Position numbers and translations under genes: made by a program
NCBI GenBank assembly: GCA_036769285.1
Contig: DAIPLK010000007.1
Location: forward strand, 1-38,205
Origin: Gemmatimonadales bacterium
GTDB lineage: Bacteria; Gemmatimonadota; Gemmatimonadetes; Gemmatimonadales; GWC2-71-9
Reading direction: 5' to 3'
Length of the DNA: 38,205 nucleotides
Notes under the pieces: generated by a model
The model's input: the letters and a program-made list of their open reading frames with translations, nothing else
What the model was told of the DNA's origin: nothing
The model's database searches: none
Part shown: piece by piece, positions 15,491-24,235 of the stretch
Position numbering within the stretch: the first letter of the stretch is position 1
Layout: each line of letters starts with the position of its first letter

Positions 15491-16716
15491 AGCGGTGCCC
15501 GCCGGAGCGGCAGTGACATGCAGCGCGGCCCGCCGCCGCCTCGGGCGAGCTCGGCCCCCTCGATAGTGATCACCGTGCGGTGCTTGGCATCGGTCCAGTC
15601 GTCGAAGGCGAGGAAGTTCACGGCGGGGACGACCCGGAACCCGGCGGTCTGCAACTCGCACAGCGTGGCGTCGTTGCGGCGGTAGCTCACGATCGTTCCG
15701 GGGCGTACCGCCAGGAAGTTGCAGGCCGAGCTCCACTGCTCCCGCTCCTGGCTGGTGCGGTGTTGCCCGCCGGCGAACACTCCCTCCATGGGCAGGGTCA
15801 CCTCGCGCAGCGCCGTGAAGAAGTCGGGCATCTCCCGCACGCTCGCCTGGCCCTTCCGGCGGTGGAGCACGGCCAGCCGTTCGGGGCCCACGAAGTACGG
15901 CGGATAGATCACGCACAGCTCGCGGTCCACGTGGGTGAAGATCATGTCGAGGTGGATCGCGGTGGGCGCCTTGGGCATGACCACCACGATCACGTCCGTG
16001 ACCGCACCCTGGGCGAAGACGGTCTCGCACAGCTCGTCGAGCGCCGCCGGCGAGGTCCGTTCGCTGAAGCCGAGGACCAAGAGGTCGGGCCGCAGGTAGT
16101 GGACGTCGCCGCCCTCGAGCGTGTAGTTGCTCCGCCGCTCCTCGGAGCCGTCGTAGAGCAGTCCCTCGTTGGCAAGTTCGGGGTGGAAGGTGAAGAGCGC
16201 CTTGATGAGCAGCTCCTCGGTCCAGCGCACGTCGTAGCGCATCGACCCGACCACGGCACTGCGGCCGATGACCATGCCGATGTCGCGCGGGAAGAACAGA
16301 TTGGGCAGCGGCGGGAAGGCGAATCCTTCCTCGTTCAGCGCCTGGGCGAGCGGACCGCTCTCCTCCCGGGTTCCCTCGATCAGCATCTCGACGATTTGCG
16401 CGGCGGGCAGCGTACCGAGCCGCTGGCTCAGCTCGTCGGAGGACACGACGTCCATCGTCTTGGTGATCAGGAAGTCGCGCGCACGAGGCTGGGCCAGGAT
16501 CTCGGCGAGCAGGTCGCGCACCTGGAAGACCGTGGCGAAGCGGCGCAGCACCGACACGAACTGGCGGTGCTCCCGCTGGGCGATCTCCAGGTCGATGATG
16601 TCGTCGTAGAGGTAGTCTTCGCGGTTCCCCGGCGTCACCGCCTCCAGCTCGCGGCCGGGGGTGTGCACCAGCACGGTCTGGAGCTGGCCGATTTCGGAGG
16701 TGACGTCGACGGGCAT
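15487..16716 (-). CDS. arcA: Arginine deiminase
   Basis: 409-aa ORF with SEIGQLQTVLVHTPG N-terminus and a C-terminal GGGGPRCMSLPL catalytic-Cys motif. Length is typical of ADI. Confidence 0.85.
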   Translation of the reverse strand: MPVDVTSEIGQLQTVLVHTPGRELEAVTPGNREDYLYDDIIDLEIAQREHRQFVSVLRRFATVFQVRDLLAEILAQPRARDFLITKTMDVVSSDELSQRLGTLPAAQIVEMLIEGTREESGPLAQALNEEGFAFPPLPNLFFPRDIGMVIGRSAVVGSMRYDVRWTEELLIKALFTFHPELANEGLLYDGSEERRSNYTLEGGDVHYLRPDLLVLGFSERTSPAALDELCETVFAQGAVTDVIVVVMPKAPTAIHLDMIFTHVDRELCVIYPPYFVGPERLAVLHRRKGQASVREMPDFFTALREVTLPMEGVFAGGQHRTSQEREQWSSACNFLAVRPGTIVSYRRNDATLCELQTAGFRVVPAVNFLAFDDWTDAKHRTVITIEGAELARGGGGPRCMSLPLRRAPL

Positions 16717-16762
16717 ACGAGAAACTATTGGGTGCGGCTCCCGCGGGGCTAGTGCCCCACGC

Positions 16763-18442
16763 TCACTCCCGGCTGTATCCCGGACCCCGAAGCACCCGCC
16801 CCGGCAGCGCCCCCGTCGCCTTCCCGTCCGCGATGACCGGGACCCCGTTCACCAGCACCCACTCCATTCCCTCGGAGAGCTGGTTCGGCTGGGCGAAGGT
16901 GGCGCGGTCACGGACACGGTCCGGATCGAAGACCACCACGTCGGCCCACATCCCGACCTTGAGCACCCCCCGGTCGCCGAGCCGCATCCGCTGCGCCGGC
17001 AGCGAGGTGAACTTGCGGATCGCGTCCTCGAGCGTCAGGCGCCGCTCCTCGCGCACGTACTTCCGGAGAATCCGGGGAAAGGTGCCGTAGGCCCGCGGGT
17101 GCGGATGCTCCCTTCCGAGCAGTCCGTCGGGCGAAGTCCCCTGCGAGTCGTTGTTGATCGAGACCCACGGCTGCTCGAGCGCGAGCGCGATGTCCGGTTC
17201 GGACATCCCGAACACCGCCACGTAGGTGTAGCCCGAATCCTCGATCAGCAGGTCCAGCAGCGCGTCGATGGCGTCGGTATGCCGAAGCGCGGCCACCTGC
17301 GCCAGGGTCTTCCCCATATAGGGCGCGAGAGCCGGGTTCTGGACCACACCGATCAGCACGGACGACGGCCCCGGGATTTCCTGCCACTCGTTGTCCCAGG
17401 CTCCGCTCGGCGTCAGCATGTCGCGGCGGATCCGGCGGCGGGCCGCCGGGTCCCTCAATCGCTCGATCAGCTTCGCGGTACCGCCGTCGTGCGCCCAGGG
17501 CGGGACGAAGGCGGACATCGAGTTGAACCATGCCGGGTAGGCGTATGTGTCGGCCGCGATGTCCACGCCCGCCTTGCGCGCCGAATCGATCTTGGCCACG
17601 ACCCGGGGCATCCGCCCCCAGCTCCGCTTGCCCGCCACCTTGAGGTGCCAGATCTCGACCGGGATCCCGGCCTCGCGTCCGACCCGGATCGCCTCGTTCA
17701 GGGCGGCGTCGATCTCCAAGCCCTCCGACCGCATGTGGGTGGCGTACAGGCCGCCGAACCTCGCGGCTTCGGCCGCGAGCGCCACCAGCTCCTCGGTCCG
17801 GGCATAGGGCGCCGGCGGATACTGGAGCGCCGTCGAGACCCCCACCGCGCCTTCCCGCATGGCGTCCCGCACCAGCGCCCGCATCCGCTCGAGCTCGTCG
17901 GCCGAGGGCTGCCGGTCCCCGTCGCCCAATACCATCCGGCGGACCTGCGTCGCGCCGACGTAGCTCGCGAGGTTGATGCCGATCCCCTGCTTCTCCAGCC
18001 GGGCGAAGTAACCGCCCAGCGTGCGCCAGTCGGGCGTGATTTCGTAGTGGGCGTACCAGGCGCGGTCGGCGGTCACGATCGAATCGTTCAGCGGCCCCGC
18101 CGAGCCACCCTCACCGGTGATCTCGGTCGTGATCCCCTGAAAGATCTTGGAGGGCAGGCTCGGGTTGACGAGGATGCTCAGCTCCGATTGCCCCAGCATG
18201 TCGATGAACCCCGGCGCCACGACCAACCCGGCAGCGTCCACCGTCCGCCGCGCCGCGGCCCCGCCGAGTGTGCCGATCGCGGCGATCCGGCCGGCCTGGA
18301 TCGCCAGGTCCCCTGCGTACCACGGGGAGCCGGTGCCGTCGATGATGCGGCCGTTCCGGATCACCACGTCGTAGATGGCTTCCTGGGACTGGAGCGCCAC
18401 GGGCGGGGAGAGCAGCAGGAGGCAGAGAGCGACGGATCGCAC
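16763..18442 (-). CDS. N-acyl-D-amino-acid deacylase family amidohydrolase (secreted)
   Basis: Tail of ORF 16763..18916. GTG at 18442 gives (M)RSVALCLLLLSPPVALQSQ, a signal peptide. This is followed by YDVVIRNGRIIDGTGSPWYAGDLAIQAGRIAAIG and GFIDMLGQSE, typical of D-aminoacylases. Confidence 0.8.
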   Translation of the reverse strand: MRSVALCLLLLSPPVALQSQEAIYDVVIRNGRIIDGTGSPWYAGDLAIQAGRIAAIGTLGGAAARRTVDAAGLVVAPGFIDMLGQSELSILVNPSLPSKIFQGITTEITGEGGSAGPLNDSIVTADRAWYAHYEITPDWRTLGGYFARLEKQGIGINLASYVGATQVRRMVLGDGDRQPSADELERMRALVRDAMREGAVGVSTALQYPPAPYARTEELVALAAEAARFGGLYATHMRSEGLEIDAALNEAIRVGREAGIPVEIWHLKVAGKRSWGRMPRVVAKIDSARKAGVDIAADTYAYPAWFNSMSAFVPPWAHDGGTAKLIERLRDPAARRRIRRDMLTPSGAWDNEWQEIPGPSSVLIGVVQNPALAPYMGKTLAQVAALRHTDAIDALLDLLIEDSGYTYVAVFGMSEPDIALALEQPWVSINNDSQGTSPDGLLGREHPHPRAYGTFPRILRKYVREERRLTLEDAIRKFTSLPAQRMRLGDRGVLKVGMWADVVVFDPDRVRDRATFAQPNQLSEGMEWVLVNGVPVIADGKATGALPGRVLRGPGYSRE

Positions 18443-18447
18443 GGCGG

Positions 18448-19068
18448 TCAGCGGTTGGCGAGCGCGTAGCTGAGCGTCTCGAGCTCGAGCGCGAGATTCA
18501 CCGTCTTCACCACCACGTCCTCCGGCACCACCAGCTGCGCCGGCGCGAAGTTGAGGATCGCCTTGATGCCGAGCTGCACCAGCCGGTCGGTCACCGCCTG
18601 GGCCACGTCCGGCGGCGTCGCCAGGACCGCCATGTCCAGCGGCCGAGTGGCAAACTCGGCCTCGAGCGCGTCGATGTTCTGAATGGTGAGGCCGTTCCAC
18701 TGCCGGCCGATCTTGGCGGGGTCGCTGTCGAAGATGGCGACGACGTCGAAGCCACGCTGGCGGAATCCGCGGTATTGCACGAGGGCGCTGCCGATCTTCC
18801 CCGCCCCGATCATCCCGACCTTGTACCGCTGCTTGAGTCCGAGAATCTCGCGAAGTCGGTCCGCCAGCTCCGGGACCGGATACCCCAGCCCCCGCTTGCC
18901 GAAGGAACCGAAGCACGAGAGGTCCTTCCGCACCTGCGCGGAGGTGGTGCTCCCGCGCGAGGCAAGGGCACCCGAGCTGACGGTCTCGATCCCCTGACCC
19001 TCGAATTCCTCGAGAAAGCTCAGGTAGAGTGACAACCGCCGTACCGTGGAATCCGCGACCTTACGCAT
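18448..19068 (-). CDS. rex: Redox-sensing transcriptional repressor Rex
   Basis: Starts MRKVADSTVRRLSLYLSFLEE (winged helix). Rossmann motif VGMIGAGKIGSAL and C-terminal ILNFAP. The ATG at 19068 is chosen because the upstream 19 codons of the ORF contain the operator. Confidence 0.92.
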   Translation of the reverse strand: MRKVADSTVRRLSLYLSFLEEFEGQGIETVSSGALASRGSTTSAQVRKDLSCFGSFGKRGLGYPVPELADRLREILGLKQRYKVGMIGAGKIGSALVQYRGFRQRGFDVVAIFDSDPAKIGRQWNGLTIQNIDALEAEFATRPLDMAVLATPPDVAQAVTDRLVQLGIKAILNFAPAQLVVPEDVVVKTVNLALELETLSYALANR

Positions 19069-19079
19069 AGCCGGTATTT

Positions 19080-19097
19080 TTGTGAAACATTTCACAA
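19080..19097. promoter_or_regulatory. Rex operator (ROP box)
   Basis: TTGTGAA-ACAT-TTCACAA is a perfect match to the Rex consensus TTGTGAAnnnnTTCACAA. It lies 12 nt upstream of the rex ATG and 3 nt after the rsmA stop. Confidence 0.85.
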
Positions 19098-19099
19098 AG

Positions 19100-19894
19100 C
19101 TATCGTGCCACCCACCCCCCGTCAACGAGTCCCCGCAGCAGCGCCACGAACGACTCAGCCGGCAGGACCTCCGGTCGGACCTCGGCGCGTATCCCGAGCC
19201 CCGCCAGCAACCCCGCGACGCGAGACGCTTCCCACCCCGTGAGTTCCCTGAGACCGCGCGCCAACTGCTTTCGGCGGAACCCGAACAGCCCCACCACCAG
19301 CCGGCGGAAGCTCCGCTGCTCCGCGGCCGACACCAGCGGTTCGGCGAGCGGCGTCAGCCGGAGCACGGCGGAGTCTACCTTGGGCCGCGGCCGGAACGCT
19401 CCGGCCGGGACCGTGAAGAGACGCTCGGCGCGCGCGACCGACTGTACTCCGACGCTGAGCGCCCCGTACGCGGGCTCGCCCGGCCGCGCGGTCACCCGGT
19501 CGGCCACCTCCTGCTGCACCAGGAAGACGATCCGGTCCGGACGGGGCGGCTCGAGGGCCTTGTCGATGAGCGGTGACGTGATGTTGTAGGGGATATTGCC
19601 GGTGACCAGGAATCTCGGTCCAGCCAGCGCCCGCCAGTCGGCGTCGAGCGCGTCGGCCTCGACGATCGCGGCTTCAGGGAAGCGCTCGCGCAGCAAGGGG
19701 ATGAGATCGCGGTCCTTTTCGATTGCCACCAGCCGCCCTGCTCGCTCGGCCAGCGCCGCGGTGAGTCCGCCCGGTCCGGGGCCGATCTCCAGCACCGTGT
19801 CCCCGGGGCCGGCACCGAGCGCGTCGGCGATGCGCCCGAGCAGGCGGGGATCGGTGAGGAAGTGCTGGCCGAGGCGGCGCTTGGCCCGGGGCAC
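19100..19894 (-). CDS. rsmA: 16S rRNA (adenine1518/1519-N6)-dimethyltransferase
   Basis: Tail of ORF 19100..20794, with GTG at 19894. Motifs LGQHFL, LEIGPGPGGLT and GNIPYNITSP. Confidence 0.9.
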   Translation of the reverse strand: MPRAKRRLGQHFLTDPRLLGRIADALGAGPGDTVLEIGPGPGGLTAALAERAGRLVAIEKDRDLIPLLRERFPEAAIVEADALDADWRALAGPRFLVTGNIPYNITSPLIDKALEPPRPDRIVFLVQQEVADRVTARPGEPAYGALSVGVQSVARAERLFTVPAGAFRPRPKVDSAVLRLTPLAEPLVSAAEQRSFRRLVVGLFGFRRKQLARGLRELTGWEASRVAGLLAGLGIRAEVRPEVLPAESFVALLRGLVDGGWVAR

Positions 19895-19896
19895 CG

Positions 19897-21423
19897 CTAG
19901 ATCCGGAGGATCAGGATCGTCCGGTCGTCGAGCGGCTTCGAGCCGAACGCCTCGGCCTGCTCCAGCACGGCGCGGACGATGGTCTCGGTTGACTCGGTAC
20001 GGCGCGCGCAGACGGTGGACAGCAGCCGCTGGTCGCCGAACGGCTCGCCCGCCGCGTTGCGCGCATCCACCAGCCCGTCGGTCCACAGGACGAGCAGGTC
20101 GTGACCAATCGTCCAGGGTACCTGGCGACGATGGATGCTTCCGGCGGTGGCGAGGCCGAGCGGTGGGGCGGTGGCCTCGAGGCGCTCGGGGTCGCCAAAG
20201 CGGGGGACGCGGAACGCGTAGGGGTGCCCGGCGTTGGCGTACGAGAGGCGGCCGGTGAGCGGATCGAGCACGCCGTAGAAGACGCTGAAGTACATCTCGG
20301 TGGTGACCAGCTCGGTCGACAGGCTGTCCAGCAGCGCGTTGAGCGTTTCGTCGGGGGCGACCGACGCCGCCGCGTGAATTCCCGCCGCCGACATCACGAG
20401 CGCCATTACCAGCGCGGCCGAGAACCCGTGCGACGCCACGTCGCCCAGCATGACGCCCACGCGGCCACGTCCCAGGCGGGCGAAGGTGTAGAAGTCCCCA
20501 CCGACGGATTCCGCCGGGAAGCAGCGCGCCGCCACCTCCGCGTCCCCCTGGAGCACCGTGGGCGACGGGAGGAGCTTGAGCTGGAGGTCGTGCGCCAGCT
20601 CGAGCTCGCGCCGCAGCCCCTGCTGCTTGAGGTCCCGCTCGACCAGCCGCGCGTTCTCGACCGCGGCGCCGATCTGATTGGCCACGGCAGTCACCAGCTT
20701 CCGATCGCTCAGGCTGAAGCGGTCGCCGCCAAGCCGGTCGGTGAGGTTGATGACGCCGACGCAGCGGAGCGGTGAGCCCGGGGCGCCGTAGCATATCGGC
20801 ACGCTGAGGAACGCCTGACCACGGTAGCCTCGCACCTCGCCGCAGTCGGCGAGCGCGGGGTCGGGGCTCGAAGGATCATAGGCCACGACCCGCCGCTCCC
20901 GGTACACGCGGGCCGCGACCGAGCACTCGTCGTCCACCTGGACCGGGGCCAACCCGTCGAGTCCGAAGCCGCGCGCCGCCACCGTGCGCAGCACGCCCGC
21001 CGACTCGTCGAACACCATGATGGAGGCGCGCCGCGCGCCCACGACCGTGCTCACCTCCCGGGCGATCGTTTGCGTCGCCTCCTCGAGCCGTACCGTCTGT
21101 CCCAGGATCTCGCTGATGGCATAGAGCAGGTCGATCTCTTCGTAGCGGCTGGTCAGCTCCTCCGCCAAGAACGCGCGTTGCCGCTCGGCGCCGAGCAGGG
21201 CGCCGACCAGCGGCATCACTCGGGCCGCGGCGGCGCCCAGCTCGTTCTCCGCCATCCCCCCGACCTCCAGCCAGAACCCTTCGACCTCGCCCACCGGCTC
21301 GAGCCAGACGGTGCCATCCGGCGTCGGGGTGAGCCCCGCCGTCCGGGGCAGCGCCGGGGCGAGGCCGGGGTCCGGCCCGGCGGCGATGCGCAGCGACCGC
21401 CCGTCGAACCGCCACAGGCGCAC
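19897..21423 (-). CDS. GAF domain-containing PP2C/SpoIIE-type serine phosphatase (RsbU-like)
   Basis: Tail of ORF 19897..21840. It has a GAF-like middle region and PP2C motifs VGGDFYTF, GDVASHG and WTDGLVDA. The start is uncertain. GTG 21423 is the first canonical start after the kinase stop, but in-frame protein-like sequence continues up to about 21498 (CTG). Confidence 0.8.
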   Translation of the reverse strand: MRLWRFDGRSLRIAAGPDPGLAPALPRTAGLTPTPDGTVWLEPVGEVEGFWLEVGGMAENELGAAAARVMPLVGALLGAERQRAFLAEELTSRYEEIDLLYAISEILGQTVRLEEATQTIAREVSTVVGARRASIMVFDESAGVLRTVAARGFGLDGLAPVQVDDECSVAARVYRERRVVAYDPSSPDPALADCGEVRGYRGQAFLSVPICYGAPGSPLRCVGVINLTDRLGGDRFSLSDRKLVTAVANQIGAAVENARLVERDLKQQGLRRELELAHDLQLKLLPSPTVLQGDAEVAARCFPAESVGGDFYTFARLGRGRVGVMLGDVASHGFSAALVMALVMSAAGIHAAASVAPDETLNALLDSLSTELVTTEMYFSVFYGVLDPLTGRLSYANAGHPYAFRVPRFGDPERLEATAPPLGLATAGSIHRRQVPWTIGHDLLVLWTDGLVDARNAAGEPFGDQRLLSTVCARRTESTETIVRAVLEQAEAFGSKPLDDRTILILRI

Positions 21424-21473
21424 GCGCCCGCCGGCGAGGGCGCCGAGGCCGTCGAGGACGAGATCGAGCCGCC

Positions 21474-21938
21474 CTACGGACGGCGCAGTATCATGCAGAT
21501 GGAGTTCCCTTGCTCGTTGAATTGGACGGCGTCCACGAGCTTCCGGATGAGATAGAGGCCCCGCCCGGTGGCCTCGTCGAGCTGATCGGGGCGGATCGGC
21601 TCGGGCACGGCCTCGGGGTCGAAGCCCGGCCCCTCGTCGGTCACGATCAGACGGATGGCGTCGGCCCCGAGCTCGGCGCGTACGTCCACCCACTTGCCGC
21701 GATCCTCGCGGTTGCCGCGCATGATGGCGTTGCTGAGTGCTTCGGAGAGCACCACCTGCAGCCGGAACCGGGTCGTTCTGGCGGTATCGTGGCCGGCGAG
21801 GCAGTGCCGCGTGACCAGCTCCACGGCTTCCTCGATGCACTCGATCTCGCTGGGGAGGCGGAGCGTCACCAGCGTACCGCCCTCGCCCCCGTCCGAAGCC
21901 GGGGTGCGGCGGACGCAGAGGCGGAGCGGCGACGGCAT
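21474..21938 (-). CDS. Anti-sigma regulatory factor-type Ser/Thr kinase (RsbW/SpoIIAB-like, HATPase_c)
   Basis: 154-aa ORF with N-box EALSNAIMRGN, G1 box TDEGPGF and G2 box GRGLYLI. Confidence 0.85.
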   Translation of the reverse strand: MPSPLRLCVRRTPASDGGEGGTLVTLRLPSEIECIEEAVELVTRHCLAGHDTARTTRFRLQVVLSEALSNAIMRGNREDRGKWVDVRAELGADAIRLIVTDEGPGFDPEAVPEPIRPDQLDEATGRGLYLIRKLVDAVQFNEQGNSICMILRRP

Positions 21939-21949
21939 CGTCGGTCGGG

Positions 21950-22285
21950 CTAGAAGCTCGCGAGGGCCTGCTGGGGCGTCTCGGCGATGGCGAAGAGCGT
22001 GTCGAGCTTGGTCAGCTCGAACAGGGAGCGGAGGTCCTCGTTGAGGCCGGCCAGGCGGAGCTCACCGCCCGCCTCGCGGATCTTCTTGGAAATGGTGACC
22101 AGGGCGCCGAGCCCGGAGGAGTCGATGTAGCCGGTGCGGGAGAAGTCGATGAGGATCCGGCGCTCGCCCGCGTCCATGGCGGCCTGCACCAGCCCCTTGA
22201 GCTCCTGACGGTTGCCCACGATCAGTTGCCCTTCCACCTGCACCACCACGACCCCGCTGGCATCCTTGGTTTGGCTGAAGCCCAT
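21950..22285 (-). CDS. STAS-domain anti-sigma-factor antagonist (RsbV/SpoIIAA-like)
   Basis: 111-aa ORF with the phosphorylatable-serine motif YIDSSGLGALV. GGAGAG RBS upstream. Confidence 0.88.
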   Translation of the reverse strand: MGFSQTKDASGVVVVQVEGQLIVGNRQELKGLVQAAMDAGERRILIDFSRTGYIDSSGLGALVTISKKIREAGGELRLAGLNEDLRSLFELTKLDTLFAIAETPQQALASF

Positions 22286-22306
22286 CGGCTCTCTCCGTCG
22301 GATCGT

Positions 22307-23230
22307 CTAGTCGCACTGCAGCGCCACCATGGCGGCCACCTCGACAATATCATCGGCCGTGGCCCCGCGCGACAGGTCGGCCATCGGACGGGCCAGTCCC
22401 TGGAGCATCGGGCCGATCGCCACGGCGTGCGCCAGCCGCTGGACCAGCTTGTAGGCGATGTTGCCGGCGTCGAGGTCAGGAAAGACCAGCACGTTGGCCC
22501 GGCCGGCGAGCGGAGATCCCGGGGCCTTCCGCTCGGCGACCTCCGCCACGAGTGCGGCATCGCCCTGGAGCTCGCCGTCGGCGGCGATGTTGGGGGCCAG
22601 CACCCTGAAGCGGGCGGTGGCCTCGCGCACCCGGGCCACCCGGGTCCCTTCGGCGCTTCCCTTGGTGCTGTACGAGAGAAACGCCACGCGTGGTGAATCC
22701 CCGACGAGGCGCGTGCGGTCGCGCGCCGCGGCGAGCGCGATCTGCGCCAGCTGCTCCGGCGTCGGCTCGGGCACGACGGCGCAGTCGGTGAACGTCAGGA
22801 CCGTATCGTCTGGCAACACCATGTAGAAGGCGGAGCTCACCAGGTCCACCCCGGGCGCGGTGCCGATGGCCCAGAGTGCGGCGCGGACGGTGTCGCGGGT
22901 GGGACAGACCGCGCCGGCCACCGCCGCGTCGGCCTCGCCCAGTCCGACCAGGGCGGCGCCGAAGTTGACCGGTAGGGCGGCGATGTCGAGTGCGTGGACG
23001 CCGTCCACCACTCGGTCGGGCCGGCGGTCGCGCAGGAACTGGGCGACCCGCGGCAGGCGCGGGTCGTCCGCCGGCCGGATCCCGTCGCCGCCGAGCAGGA
23101 TCGGCTCGGCCACCCCCTCGACCCTGAGGCGCTCTGCCGCGGCGCGTACCCGCGCGTCTTCTCCTTCGCACAGCACGATCCGCTTCCTGCGCGTGGCGGC
23201 GCGCTCGAGCAGCGACCGGCGGAAGCTCAT
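22307..23230 (-). CDS. pta: Phosphate acetyl/butyryl transferase (Pta/Ptb family, short form)
   Basis: 307-aa ORF with [17 protein letters not shown]-terminus and [10 protein letters not shown] near the C-terminus. The ATG overlaps the coaD stop. Confidence 0.8.
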   Translation of the reverse strand: MSFRRSLLERAATRRKRIVLCEGEDARVRAAAERLRVEGVAEPILLGGDGIRPADDPRLPRVAQFLRDRRPDRVVDGVHALDIAALPVNFGAALVGLGEADAAVAGAVCPTRDTVRAALWAIGTAPGVDLVSSAFYMVLPDDTVLTFTDCAVVPEPTPEQLAQIALAAARDRTRLVGDSPRVAFLSYSTKGSAEGTRVARVREATARFRVLAPNIAADGELQGDAALVAEVAERKAPGSPLAGRANVLVFPDLDAGNIAYKLVQRLAHAVAIGPMLQGLARPMADLSRGATADDIVEVAAMVALQCD

Positions 23231-23709
23231 CGGCCGTACCGCTCCGCCAGCGCCTCGGCGACCGAGGGGTGCACCAGGGCGCTCACATCGCCACCGAAGC
23301 GGGCCACTTCGCGCACGAGGCTCGAGCTGAGGTAGGTGAGATCGAGCGCGGGGACCAGGAACACCGTCTCCAGCGTCGGATGGATCTGCCGGTTCATGAG
23401 CGCCATCTGGAACTCGTACTCGAAGTCGCTCACCGCGCGAAGGCCGCGCACTACGACCGATGCGCCCACCTTCCGGGCGAACTCGGCCAGCAGCCCGTCG
23501 AACGACTCGAACGACACCCGCGCGTCGGCGCCCACGGTGGCGCGCAGCATCGCCAATCTGTCGGCCACCGGGAACAGCGGTTGCTTGGTCGGATTCACCG
23601 CCACGGCCACGACCACGCGGTCCGCCAGCGCCAGGCTGCGGCGGATCAGGTCCTCGTGGCCCTTCGTCGGCGGATCAAACGAGCCCGGGTAGATCGCGAT
23701 GCGTGTCAT
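23227..23709 (-). CDS. coaD: Phosphopantetheine adenylyltransferase
   Basis: 160-aa tail of ORF 23227..24129, starting [21 protein letters not shown], with ISSSLVRE-type [12 protein letters not shown] overlap with the rsmD stop. Confidence 0.93.
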   Translation of the reverse strand: MTRIAIYPGSFDPPTKGHEDLIRRSLALADRVVVAVAVNPTKQPLFPVADRLAMLRATVGADARVSFESFDGLLAEFARKVGASVVVRGLRAVSDFEYEFQMALMNRQIHPTLETVFLVPALDLTYLSSSLVREVARFGGDVSALVHPSVAEALAERYGR

Positions 23710-24221
23710 GGGGCGTGGCAGAAGGTGAGTGCCGTGTCCCCGTAGCGGCGTGTGCTGTCCCCATCCAGCCGTTCGGAGGCGGTGTGCTCGACCGAAAGAA
23801 TGCGCGCGAATGGGGTCCGGCGGAAGAGCGCCACCAGGCGGGCCGCGTCGTCGCGCTTGTAGGGGGGGTCGGCGAAGACCAGATCGAACGCTCCCGGCGC
23901 GAGCTGCTCGGCGAAGCGGAGGGCGTCGCCGCGATGGATCGTCACCCGGTTCCCCACGCCTAGCGCGGCGACGTTGGCCTCGAGCGCCCGGAGCGAGGGC
24001 GGGTTGAGCTCGACGAAGACAGCCGACGCGGCGCCCCGCGAAAGCGCCTCGAGGCCGAGCGCGCCGCTGCCGGCGTACAGGTCGAGCACCCGGGCGCCGG
24101 GGAGGGCCGCGGCGAGGATGCTCATCCACGCCTCCCGCACCCGGTCCGCAGTGGGGCGGACGCGGCGGTCCTTAGGCGGGATGAGCCGCCGGCCCCCGAA
24201 TTCGCCCGCGACGATGCGCAT
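23706..24221 (-). CDS. rsmD: 16S rRNA (guanine966-N2)-methyltransferase
   Basis: 171-aa ORF: MRIVAGEFGGRRL, RPTADRVREA, LDLYAGSGALGLEALSRGA, ADPPY. Confidence 0.9.
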   Translation of the reverse strand: MRIVAGEFGGRRLIPPKDRRVRPTADRVREAWMSILAAALPGARVLDLYAGSGALGLEALSRGAASAVFVELNPPSLRALEANVAALGVGNRVTIHRGDALRFAEQLAPGAFDLVFADPPYKRDDAARLVALFRRTPFARILSVEHTASERLDGDSTRRYGDTALTFCHAP

Positions 24222-24235
24222 GGCGGGCGACTCAC

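Noticed and set aside
16717-16762. Possible terminator between the D-aminoacylase and arcA (GGGGC-ACUA-GCCCC).
   Set aside because: The stem is only 5 bp with no U-tract, which is too weak to call.
19069-19099. A defined -35/-10 promoter for rex overlapping the operator (AAAAAT at 19075-19080 as -10, implying a leaderless mRNA).
   Set aside because: No acceptable -35 lies at 16-18 nt spacing (GATAGC or ATAGCT). It is mentioned only as a possibility in the Rex finding and not reported as a feature.
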